From the NCBI GenBank assembly GCA_977017645.1, contig OZ360224.1, positions 177,940,001 to 178,004,000 on the forward strand: a DNA stretch of 64,000 bases. The letters are read 5' to 3'. The stretch is from Torpedo marmorata (taxonomy: Eukaryota). Within the stretch, counting starts at the first letter, position 1. The number at the start of each line of letters is the position of its first letter. A program made the translations under genes and the position numbers. The notes under the pieces are model-generated. The model had not been told where the DNA came from. It was given only the letters and a program-made list of their open reading frames with translations, and searched no databases. Positions 23,657-34,603 of this stretch are shown in pieces.

Positions 23657-25744
23657 CTATTTCAGGGCAGTAGCCCGAACCGCTGCCTCCAGGAATCTCA
23701 ATCCCGTGTGGCAGTCAAATACAGCTCTGGCCAAAGCTTCTTTGAACGAGATCTTCTCTCTGGTTTTTGGACATACCAAGTTCCTGGTGTGCCTTGTCTC
23801 ATCCTGCAGTCTCTGTGCAGTCTGCTCATCAACAAGACCACTACGCAGGGCATCCTCCAAGGAAATTCTTCTCTGCAAGTTTGGATCGACAAGCCCACCA
23901 GTCAGATGCTGCAACTCCAGGAAGTGGTGACCCAAATCGCATCCCAATAGGTTCCTATGCAGAGCTTCAATGGTTGATAAAACCTGCTGGGAACCTGGCT
24001 GAAGGAAACCTCTAAAGGCCTGCTGTGATTTTTGAATGCGGGCAGCAATTTCTGTGTCAATTAATTCCTTTTGCAATGCTTCTGAAATTGAGTACTGCTT
24101 CCCAGTTGCTGGATTAATTATCCCACCAGTACAAGCTTGCGCTTCAAGTAATCGAGTGGCTGTCAGTCGGTCCACTAAGTTATGGTGCATGGCTTTCAGG
24201 ACAGAAATTCTTCTGCATTCATTCGGATCCCATATTCCTGCAATTGGACTGTTGGGATTGGGGGGCTCAGTGGTTCTACTTGCCAACATGTCAGCGAGCT
24301 CAGTCACTGTGATTTGACCATCCCGATATTTATTTAGCTCGACTTGGCTGATCCTGCCCTGAGCTAAAGCATCATCAATGCTGAACTCCCTCCCAGAGCG
24401 AACATCGGTAAGAAAAGACCGGGTGGTTCCCTCTGACTTCTCGGTGGCCTCCTTCCACTGAGACTGCAGCTCTGAACGTTCCAGGTAGGCCTGTTTCTCA
24501 ATGTAGTATTTCAGGAATGCATCATACAGAGTTATCTCCGACTTTGTGCTTGTGTCCACCACTGAAACGGCACTGGGCATTGCGGGGGATGGGGTGGAAA
24601 TCTTGCGCGTTCCAAAAGGGAGGAGCAGGAGACTCCCTGCTAAATCCATCACACAGAGTTTCATCAGTTCTGCATAATGCATGGCCTGGCCTGTGTTGGG
24701 ATGATGAAAGCCTCTCGCGTGGCCAAGCGTCTTGTACAAGTTGCGCGCAACCTCATGGCTCAGATGACCTTGCTTGCACGCCATCTCAGGTGGCAACCGA
24801 ACACTACACACTGGGTCAATGATTCCTCCGGTTGCAATCTGAACTTCGAGGAGCTGTGTTCCAATTTGCTTTGTAAGTAGCTTGTTCTCCATGGCTTGGA
24901 AAACGGACAAGGCCTTCCCATTATGCAAATACCCTGTGGCCGCTTTCTCTGCCTGAAGCAGTGTCTTCCTGAACTCTGGGGACACCAGTCCTTTCTCAAT
25001 TGCCTCCTGAACCGAGTACTTTCCATGGGATGAGGTGTCAACTACAAACCCTGTTGCGGCCTGAGCTTCCAGAAACTCGAGTGCTACAGATGATCCGATT
25101 ATCCCTTCCTTTGCAGCCTCATTGAAAGAAATTTTTTGCTTGCTGGATTCCAAGTAAAGACCAGCAATCGAGGTAACTTGGTTCAGATACTTGCCGAGGG
25201 ACTTCTGAACTTGCGAGACAGTCTTTACTCTTTTCTCAAGCTGCTCAGCAACGTTTTTGTTCAAGAGGTCAGCCTCAACCAGCTCCTTCACTGACACATG
25301 GTGGCACAAACCTTGAAACTCCAAAGTTTCATTGGAAGGGAAGATTTCATTTGGAGATGTGTTCACTGTGTTGGGTCCACTGTCACCTGCCAGTGCTGGA
25401 AGTATAGTGTTGTTGTTCAGGTTAAGAATCTCTGGTAGTTTCCCGCTCGTCTTGGTATGCAGTTGAGATGTCAAATTCTGAAATAAGAGCTCGACACGAT
25501 GAGATATATTCATTTTGCTGAACCTAGTTCCCACGCTGTCACCAGTGTGAGTGTTGCATTCATTTTGACCCATGCAAGATCCTATAGCATCCTGAACACT
25601 CTTACTTCCTTTATTATCCGTCTGCTCTGCTTCTAAAAGTTTGGAGTTATCGTTTAATCTTTCTCTCCCAAACGAAAGCGTCTCTTTCCCCTGGAAAGTG
25701 TTTTCTATTTTGCCATGTGATTTGCTTAGCTCCAGATTTACCAT
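23657..25744 (-). CDS. DST: Dystonin BPAG1e/BP230-type terminal exon: plectin repeat domains B and C with linker, ending in stop
   Basis: Acceptor ttttcacag|ATG at 25744; 695 aa with TSIAGLYLESSKQKISF, FLEAQAATGF, LVDRLTATRLLEAQACTGGII, CPKTREKISFKEAL..FDCHTGLRFLE, collinear with the human BP230 tail. Confidence 0.93.
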   Translation of the reverse strand: MVNLELSKSHGKIENTFQGKETLSFGRERLNDNSKLLEAEQTDNKGSKSVQDAIGSCMGQNECNTHTGDSVGTRFSKMNISHRVELLFQNLTSQLHTKTSGKLPEILNLNNNTILPALAGDSGPNTVNTSPNEIFPSNETLEFQGLCHHVSVKELVEADLLNKNVAEQLEKRVKTVSQVQKSLGKYLNQVTSIAGLYLESSKQKISFNEAAKEGIIGSSVALEFLEAQAATGFVVDTSSHGKYSVQEAIEKGLVSPEFRKTLLQAEKAATGYLHNGKALSVFQAMENKLLTKQIGTQLLEVQIATGGIIDPVCSVRLPPEMACKQGHLSHEVARNLYKTLGHARGFHHPNTGQAMHYAELMKLCVMDLAGSLLLLPFGTRKISTPSPAMPSAVSVVDTSTKSEITLYDAFLKYYIEKQAYLERSELQSQWKEATEKSEGTTRSFLTDVRSGREFSIDDALAQGRISQVELNKYRDGQITVTELADMLASRTTEPPNPNSPIAGIWDPNECRRISVLKAMHHNLVDRLTATRLLEAQACTGGIINPATGKQYSISEALQKELIDTEIAARIQKSQQAFRGFLQPGSQQVLSTIEALHRNLLGCDLGHHFLELQHLTGGLVDPNLQRRISLEDALRSGLVDEQTAQRLQDETRHTRNLVCPKTREKISFKEALARAVFDCHTGLRFLEAAVRATALK

Positions 25745-26399
25745 CTGTGAAAATCAACATGAAACATGATGAGGAGTTGAATGATCTCAGAGAGGGCCCA
25801 GAACCCAGAAGAAGCAAATGAGTGAGGGAGCGAGGGGAAAGCAGAGCCAATTCACAGAAGCCAATATCCTACAAAGGTCAGCAGAAGAAACGGCTGCAAC
25901 AAAGTTCCCCTGAAAGAGTAAAGATAGGCCACGTAATAGCCACCGCTTATCACCCCAGCAGAGCAAGATTTCAGACAAAACAAAGTGATAATGCTAGCGG
26001 CCATTCTTTTGAGTGGACCAGAAGGTATTTCTACTTCTGCTCTGACCCTCTCCGTGGCTATTCTTATTGTATCCCTCAGTGCAAGTTTGAACTAATTGAT
26101 AATCGTACTGAAGTTAAATTGTTAGTTTTAAATTGCCAGGCCAAAGGGCGAAGGTGTCTGTTCCCACCTATACTCGATGAACTCGTGCTATTTTTGGCCA
26201 ACATGCAAACAATTAACCTCAATGATGCGGGAGGAGTTTCACTGCATCTCAGGCCCAGCAACAAGATACCTCACTTCTTGAGCAACAATGCTGCACAAAT
26301 TCAGCAAAACTAGTTCATTATAAAATGCCAAGGGGCATCTCAACACTTTATTTATTTGAAGCAACTGAGTGCTTCTTAGGGAGCCCTAAACTAAGATAA

Positions 26400-26630
26400 T
26401 GCACGGCAAGGGTAGCGGTTCTCGTAAAGCTATTGCAGTGCCAGTGACCCGGGTTCGAATTTGCCACTATCTGTGAGGAGTTTGTACGTTCTCCCCATGT
26501 CCATGTGGGTTTCCTCCTACGTTACAAAAGGGTTAGTAGGATAATAGATCACATGGATGTGATTGGGTGGCACGGGCTCATGGGCCGGAAGGGCCTGTTA
26601 CTGTGCTGTATCTTTAAATTTTTTTTAAAA
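26400..26630 (+). mobile_element. V-SINE (HE1-like)
   Basis: gggttcgaat B box, V-domain and tail as at 11875. Confidence 0.8.
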
Positions 26631-28409
26631 ATCATAATTTTATTTTCGAATAAGGAGGCTTGGGAGACACTTTAACCAGGAGTGATGGAAATGTGGGCAC
26701 TGCTGCCACAGAGAGGATGCAGTGAACAGCACAGATGCACATTCCATGAAACTGAACACAAGGAGGAGGAATAAATGAATATGGAATGAGATAGTGGGAG
26801 GACTCCCATGCCATGACCAAACATTGGCTTTAAGTGACCGGTGTCAATAGGAGGTAAACAAGTTGGCCTCTTTCTGTGCTATCAATTCACCATCATTCAA
26901 TGCAAGATCATTAAGTATAACCAGGCTGCCTGCACTTCGCATCCGTACAATAAACTGCACACATCTGTGCACCCACAGCAGTTGTATCACTGAAAGAGAC
27001 TGCATCGAGACTGTCTGCCAAGTTGAATTTTCACTGGGACGAGTGGAATGCCAACATCAGGATTCCTGAACAGTGGAATATTGGGTCTGGGGGGAACCTA
27101 CGGGTTGGTGGAATTACGAGATTGTATGCCTGAGGGATGGGGAATCCATAGGATTTGACCATCACCCACTGCAGATCTTTCAGAGTGACCAGGCTCCGTC
27201 AAACTTCCAGTCTTGTGATCCTTCCTTCTTATTATGGATGGGGGTTGAGTCTCCTGAGGGAAGGACTTTGTGTTGTTAAGCTCCTTGTGTATAGCATGCA
27301 GTGACTATGGGCTAGAATTCTCAAATCCAGGCTGCTCCATCCACGAGCTTTTGCCAAAATCTCATTAGTCCTGGAAGCAGACTCTACCATCGCTAAGGAG
27401 CCCAATCTGTAGAATTCCATGCTGGAATGTGGGATTTCTCATCAATAATGCACCCAACTCACAACAGCCGTCCTGTCCAATGCACGGTGACAATGGAAAC
27501 TGCCCAGTCATTCTTGGCTGTCACGTTGTTACCCCAGTCTGATGGGAGGGTACTTAATTGGTGTGACTAATGCTATGTCCAAGCAGGCAGGGGCGAGGGA
27601 ACACATACTATTTGTGGGCAACTTCTATTGACAAGTAAGATGCAATGCAGCTTTTAACCACGTCCAAATACCCATTTCTTTTGTTAGGCATGTTGAACGC
27701 CTCACAGAGGTGAACATCTGATGAGTTATGGGGTTCTGTGTCAAATTTGTTTTATTGTGGAGCATTTGGTAATTTGATATGAATCCGTTTGGCTGTTCAT
27801 TGTTGTGAAGGGAATGGGTTGCTGGACCTCTGATCCAGGTGTGTGTGCAGGAAACCGGGGGGGCAGTGATGGTGTAACTTCCATCAACTATCCGACACAA
27901 AGATCAGCAAACAATGAAATAAACATGGAAAATGCTAAAATACCCAGCTGGTCAGGCAGCATCTGTGGAGAAAGAAGAGTTAACGATACACAATGATGGC
28001 CAAATGCTGGAAATGAGCAGTAGACGATGGGAGTGGCTGATGCACTGAAATTGTTGAACTTTATCTGCATTCCATTCTTTTATTGTTCATTTCAGGCATT
28101 TCGTTTTTTCACTCTCCTCTCCTGGTATTTGGCATTTCATTCTTCTGTTTCCAATTACATCGCCCAATGCATCTTTCCAACTCTCTCTCAGCTGGCACAA
28201 GTGTCATTTAACCTCTCTTGGGCTCCCATCCTATTACATTCTTCCCTTTTGTTTCCCCCCTTGCTCCCATGACCTTTCTCCCCACCCCCCCCCCACCCCT
28301 CTCCATCCCACTTTCTGGAACTTAACTGTTTCATTTTCATCTTTACCCAGGCTCTAAAGAAAGCTATTGCCCTGAAACATTCACTCTGCCTTACATTACA
28401 CCGGGCAAT

Positions 28410-28560
28410 TCAGTTCCCTTTGGGCACCCAGAGGAAACTCACGCAGTCACAGGGAGAAGGTGTAAACTCCAGGCAGACTGCACCCGAGGTCAGGATCGAA
28501 CCTGGAACCCTGAAACTGTGAAGCAGCGGCTCTACCTGCTGCACCACTGCGCCGCCCACG
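28410..28560 (-). mobile_element. V-SINE fragment
   Basis: Minus strand has ggttcgatcctgacctcgggtgcagtctg..ggagtttacaccttctccc. Confidence 0.7.
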
Positions 28561-29178
28561 ATGTGGCAGGAACATATAATGTGCAGAATGGAGTATGGGG
28601 AATCCACCTTTCCTTTCTTCACATTTGGGAAATGAGGAATGATGCAAGTCAGACCCAACTTCCAAAGCAATGTTCAGCCTTGTAAATAATTCCAACTCTT
28701 TCAGGGGGCAGTGGTGGGGGAATGCAGTTATAAACACAAATACTCCAATATTCTTGGAGACTGCTTCAGCGGTGAGTTGAATGTCGATCTCAATGCAAAA
28801 CAGAAAGGGGACAGGAGGTGAAAATTGTCAAGAGATTCGGGGGAGTGAACTTCTGGGAATTGTGTGGGAAACAAAATTAACTTTATATTCTGGAGTTCTT
28901 GTTCTAAAATAAAAAAAATATTTGCGCTACAATTCTAAAACTGAAATCTATCATGTGTCGATGGACAATTAAGGCAGCAACCAAATTATAAGGGGATCTC
29001 GATTTTCGAGAATGCTTTCCCAACAGGCCATCTCTTCCACTCATCGTGAACCAGACACATTCGTTAAAGCCTACCCTCGTTATGATCTGGTTCACTGCTA
29101 AGATTGCCGGTGGTCTAGCAAGTAGCTCACCCAAAGATGCCCAAGCAAGCCGAGGTTTCACTGCGGATAGGAATATAC

Positions 29179-31488
29179 CTCAGATGCCTGATCCATGATT
29201 CCCAGCGGTGAATGGTTCTGCCAAGTCTCATCGCTCGTCGAAGCAAGCCTCATTTTCTGCAGGGCTTTTTGAACGATGAGTTGCTGCGTTTTCGCCGAAC
29301 CCGCTGCTTTCTGCAACCTGATGGACCTGGTCTGCGCCACTGGGTGCTGAGCAGCTGGTGCAGGTTTCCAGCTCGGTCGCTCACTCTCCGAGGGTTGACC
29401 CTCAAAACCGGTCAGCGAACTCACACTTTGGCTCACGGACTGATGCCCTCCGAGGACCTTCTTTCTGTCCTGCGTTTCATACCGCCCCGGGCGACGGCAA
29501 CAATCATCTGCTTGCCACGCCAAACCTTCTGTTATGCGGTGATATTGGTCGACTCCAGTCCACAACTCTTTGGCCCAGTTACTCCAGGACTGGCTATTTC
29601 CTTTGTTCAACTCCTGCTGGGCATGTTCGAGCTTGAAGCCGAACTCCTGCATCAGTGAATGCTGCCTCCTCACCAACTCTGACAGCCCTTCCTTCTCCCT
29701 TTTCAGAGCGGACAGCTCGTCCTGGAGGTCCCTCGCAGCTCTCGCCGCTGCCAGGTTCGTCTCGGTGGCCTCTGCCAGCTGGTGCTCCAGGACCGCCATT
29801 GCCTGCCGGCTTTCCTCCACCTTCTCCTCCAGCTTCCAAACCCTGACCTCTTGTTCCGGGCCCTCCCTCACTCTCTGGATGAGCTGCTCCTGTACTTTCT
29901 TCAGCTGCTCGCTCAAGCAGTCTGCCTGCAGCCTCTGAGCTACGCCCCTCTCCTCCGCAACCTTCTTCTCCATCTTCAACGAGTCGAGTTCGCTCTGCAT
30001 ACTGGCCACCAGCCTGTCCACTCTGAGCTTGGCCAACACCACCTCGTCAGCTTTCTGCTTCAGTTCAGTTGCCGTGCGTTTCTGATGCATCAAATCATCC
30101 TCCAGTGTCCTGACCATCACCTGATACTTGTGTTCGCTCCTCCCCTTCTCCTCCACAGCCTCCTCCATACTCTTCAGTTTGTCTTTCAAGAGATAGGCCT
30201 CTTTCTGTTGAAGCTGCATACTTTCCTCTGCCAGCGTTCTCTCGTTCTGAAAAAGACTGGCCTCGGTCCTTAAGATCTTCGCAACATCTTCGGCGTGACT
30301 CCAAGCCTGACTGACTTCATCCAACTTGCGCTGCATCTCCTTGGACACCTGTTGGCTTTTGGCCAACTTCCCCTCCAGCTCCATGGCCCTGTCCGCCCAA
30401 TCCTTTTGTCCGCAGATCTCCCCCTCGGCGGCTAACAGCTTCTCCTTTAAGTCGCTGATCGTAGCGTTGCAGGTTAATGCTCGCTGCACGGCAAGGTCGC
30501 AGTCAAGGCGAAGAGCCTCCAGTTCCTTTTCCAAACTCTCGGCCCGGGCTCGAGCGGTGACGCAGTCCCAAGAGAGTGCCTCAGATTTCACCCTCTGCTC
30601 CTCCTTTTGCCGTTGGCTGTCCTTCAGTTCGTTTTGCAGGTGGGCCACCTTCTCCCGATCACCCTCCGCTTTCTTGAGCAGCTGCTCTCGCTCTGCCCGG
30701 CCTTCCTCCAGTTGAAGGTTTGCAACCCCCAGCTCGGCCAGCTGCCAAGACGCTTTCAGCTCCGCCTCGCTCACATTCTGCAGGAGGATCCTCATTTCCA
30801 GCAGCAAGTCCATCAAGTCTGTTTGCACTCGGTCACCAACCTGGCGAAGCTGATTGACCAATTCCCTCTGCCCCTCCTCTTCGTTGGCTGATGCACCCCT
30901 TCCCACCGCTGCCTCTGGCCCATCTAGCAACCTTCTGATATAAACTTGCATCAGATCCAGCACTTGTGCAATTCTCACCACCTCTGAGCTGGAGCCCGAA
31001 AGGTCTACCTGCTCGAAGGATGTAGGCCACTGTTGCGCTGGACTACATTTCTGCTTCTCCAGATGTTCACTGAGGTGACCTTCCGATCTGCTCCTCACTA
31101 AAACGCTGCAGTCACTCTCTCTTCCAGATTTATCCTGCTTTTCTCCAGCGTCCATCTGCTCCAACGCCTGCTTCTTCATCCGTTCCAACTCCTCCCCAAG
31201 CTCGGCTTTCTCCCTCAATACCCTTTCCAGTTCCACCCTATGCCGGCTCACCTCCAAGTCCAACTTGCTCCTCTCCAGACTCATTTCTTCCGCCACTTGC
31301 CAGCGCTTCCTCCACTCACTCTCGACGTCTGCCAGCAAGCACTCCAACCGCTGCTCTAGCGGAAGCTCCTTCCCTCTCGACTGACCCCACTCCATCGCCA
31401 GACCTTCCATCATCTTGGCACCCAGGGCTGTCAGAGACTGTTGCTGACTGAGGGCCCCTAAGTTGGCCGGAATTGCTGGAAACCTTTT
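29179..31488 (-). CDS. DST: Dystonin BPAG1e/BP230-type coiled-coil rod exon (770 codons)
   Basis: Acceptor ttgtattag|AAA at 31488 is in frame with ORF 29158-31413; donor GAG|gtatat at 29179; phase 0/0; E/K/Q/L heptad-rich; EEMSLERSKLDLEVSRHRVELERVLREK resembles human EDISLQKIRAESEAKQYRRELETIVREK. Confidence 0.85.
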
Positions 31489-34364
31489 CTAATACAAATA
31501 AAATCAAGTGTTCGGTGAGTCACAAGTGGGAGGGGTTGGGGAGGGAGTATAGAAAAGGTACTGATTAGAATTTTATGAACTGACCATTTATAAAATGAAA
31601 AAAAAATCCATTTACTCAGAGGTGTTCTTAGTGAACTGGAAAACCCAGAGACAACGCCAGTGCCTGCTACATTATTCCCACCACCTTTTACACAAAGCTC
31701 AGACAAAGAGTTCTGTCATTGTTAAACACAGCGAGAAGATCCTTCACCACATCAGCCCCACAGCAATAGTTTGGGAAAAGCCAGAAAATAGAAAGAACAC
31801 ATTCAAGCATGACAACATTGCAGGCCATGTGAAGTATACTCTGCATATTAACTGTGCACAATGCAAATCAAAGATTTCACTATTTTACCCCAATGTCGAG
31901 GTATGGTTTTCGCTTGGTGATGGCAAATCCCGTTCTTGAGCCAGGGCAGTTCAGGTAGTGAGAGTGCTCCCACAATGCTTCTGTGTCAGAACTCCAGGAT
32001 TTAGTCCCAGAAACAATGGTGATTAACATCCCGAGTCAGGATACCACATTTACACGAAAGAATCGGACAAGTTTGTAAAATATCTCTGTCGAATAGTTCT
32101 TATTGAAATCTTATGACCAGCTGTTACAGCTGAGCCTGACAGTTTTCAATGAAGGCAGGAAAGGCACACACCTACATATGCAACATCACTTGACACGACT
32201 GTAAATGAACATGGGTTGAATGCAGATCACTCTCTTGACCAGTTTTGAGTCTCTATTCCCAAAGGTCAGGACAACCACGTTAATGATCAGAATGGCAATT
32301 ACCTGTATGCACGTGTATTGTTAGATCCACTCCTTGATCCTTCATACCCATATTGTGATCAGTGGGATCACAAGCACTTGGGTTCCCAGCTAGCACACCT
32401 CTCAATGGAGTATGCAGTATTAAAATAACACCTTTTCTCTTTGGGTCTCCCCTTTCTATTTGCTCCATTCTGCAGAGACCAGGACACAGAACTGCTCAGT
32501 CCCCAAGGATGAGGTACCTGTAGCAGCAGCTGTTTCCCAGCACCACACAGCAATAGTGTGCCCTTCCAGAGCCTGCAGCACCACACAAAGTATCAGACTG
32601 TGAACTGGCTGACCCTGTCTTGGTCACACTGCATGATGACTACATTTTATGCTCCATTTTGCCAATGAAGGAAACCATTCACAGGTTGTGAACCAGGTGC
32701 AACAACATGACCTTATGCAATTGCAAGACATCTGAATGAACATCTGAGGTTCTCTTAATCTAGACCAGGTGGGTTGCAGCAGCTCATGGGCGAACCATTG
32801 ATTTCCACTGTTAATATTGGCTTCTGACAAATCTTTCAACCTTATTTCCGGTTCATGACACTGGCATCTCCTGACACCTCCGCCTGGATTGCTTCATCCT
32901 CTTTCTTACTGCTGTCCACATCAGTCCTGGGCTCAACTGGTGCTTTATGATTTCTCAAACCCCAACCTTATACCCCAATAACTTTCTCCATCGGGAGCTC
33001 CCCTCCTTTGCTCATTTCCATCGGAGGCCACTCGCTCTCCAAATGCTTTCTCCTGTTTCTCCTCCTCCGTTCTACCCTGACTTCTGTCACTTGTTGTCAT
33101 CATTCTCCTACCGTTTTCTCCTTTGCGCGACCTTGACGTTCCACAGGTCTTGGGGCAATGGAATGAATCCCTCTGATTCACCAGTGCAGAATACCGAGCT
33201 GCAACATCTCCTGGATGTCTTGCCCTGCTCCGCCCATCTGCCTTTCTGTGCGGTTCAAGGATAGTCGGCATGGACATTGAGCCGAAAGGCCTACTTTGTG
33301 CTGTATGGCTCCATTTTCCAGCCGCAACCCTGGTGCCACTACAGACTGGGTGACGAAGCCTATCTCCAACTTCTTCCAACAGTTGCATCCCTCCTTGAGC
33401 AAGAAACGTGAACCTTGCTGTCCCAAAAAGGAATAGGTTTGTCTCTTCTTTCTTCCCTGCCTCTGCTCCTCAACATCTCTTCCCAACCTCTCCTTTTCCT
33501 CATTACCTATCACCTCTTCTGCAAGGTGATAGTGTTCAGAGTGGATGTAACCCCCACCCCCTCCCTGCCTCAGGTTTGGAATTGTCTTCCTCACTGTGTC
33601 CATTGGCTATTTCTGTTGACAACACTATTCTGTAAAGGAGCAAATTTCTCTCTGTGTTCCACCGGTGGCTTCATCGTTTCTCTGCAGTCTCTTTTGATTT
33701 GACTCCCCTCTCTGTGGGCCTGTGGAAGATCCACTCTAGGTTCCTGTCTCCTGCTCACCTCCTGCACTCGATGCTCCTCCTCCATGGGAGGGGGGGCTCA
33801 GGAATATTCTGCACCAGATGAATTTTAGGGCACACTGGCACAGTTTTGCATGTGTATCGCACTTCATGAACGAGGGATGATGCTGGTATTATGGAAATCA
33901 GGGGAAGGGGCAGCTTGGAAGGGGCTCTCCAGAATAATCAAGACGGCTCCAGGACAAGTGATGACGCACGATGAGACACGGCTGAACTGCACGCAGCATC
34001 TCATTGATAATGAACAAAAATATCATTCTTCCGGTCACAGACAATGAATTACATTCAGTACCAGGGCAGATCGCACAACCCTGATTTGCCAAACTGTGGA
34101 CAACTCAATGCAGGGAAAATGTTGATCCCAAGTATGTTTTCAGAATTAGAAACTGACCATATGAGGGTTTTTAATTAGCAACTGTTAATAACATAATTGT
34201 GCTGATCCCCGCAAAGTGACAGTGACAAGAGTAAAAATTAAGTAGGAAAAGATCTCTCAACAAAATGGAAATGATTCAAGCCAAGACTTATTTGTTGGGT
34301 TCATTCAAATCATTAATCATTGTAAAATTAGTGCAGAGAGAAATGCATGCAAAGGGTTAGTGAG

Positions 34365-34385
34365 CACACACACACACACACACAC
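34365..34385 (+). repeat. (CA)n microsatellite
   Basis: Direct reading. Confidence 0.9.
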
Positions 34386-34603
34386 TCTGTTTTTGAGGCT
34401 GAAATTATATAAATCAAGATGAAAAGCAAAAGTCTAACATTACTGTTTGACTTTTTTTTTTAAAATTGCCCATAATAGAATATCAATGGCATAGATTATT
34501 TAACACATCTGAATATTGGGCAAAAGTGAAGCATTTATAAAATTTTATGGACACTAATTTTAGACAACAGGGCACTTTGACACTGCATCAAACAAAAAAT
34601 GGG

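Noticed and set aside
23657-25744. Stand-alone intronless plakin/epiplakin-like gene starting at ATG 25744
   Set aside because: The ATG directly follows a good acceptor in phase with the rod exon, so it is best read as the terminal exon of the e-type isoform
29212-30891. Overlapping plus-strand ORFs
   Set aside because: Antisense shadows of the coiled-coil rod exon
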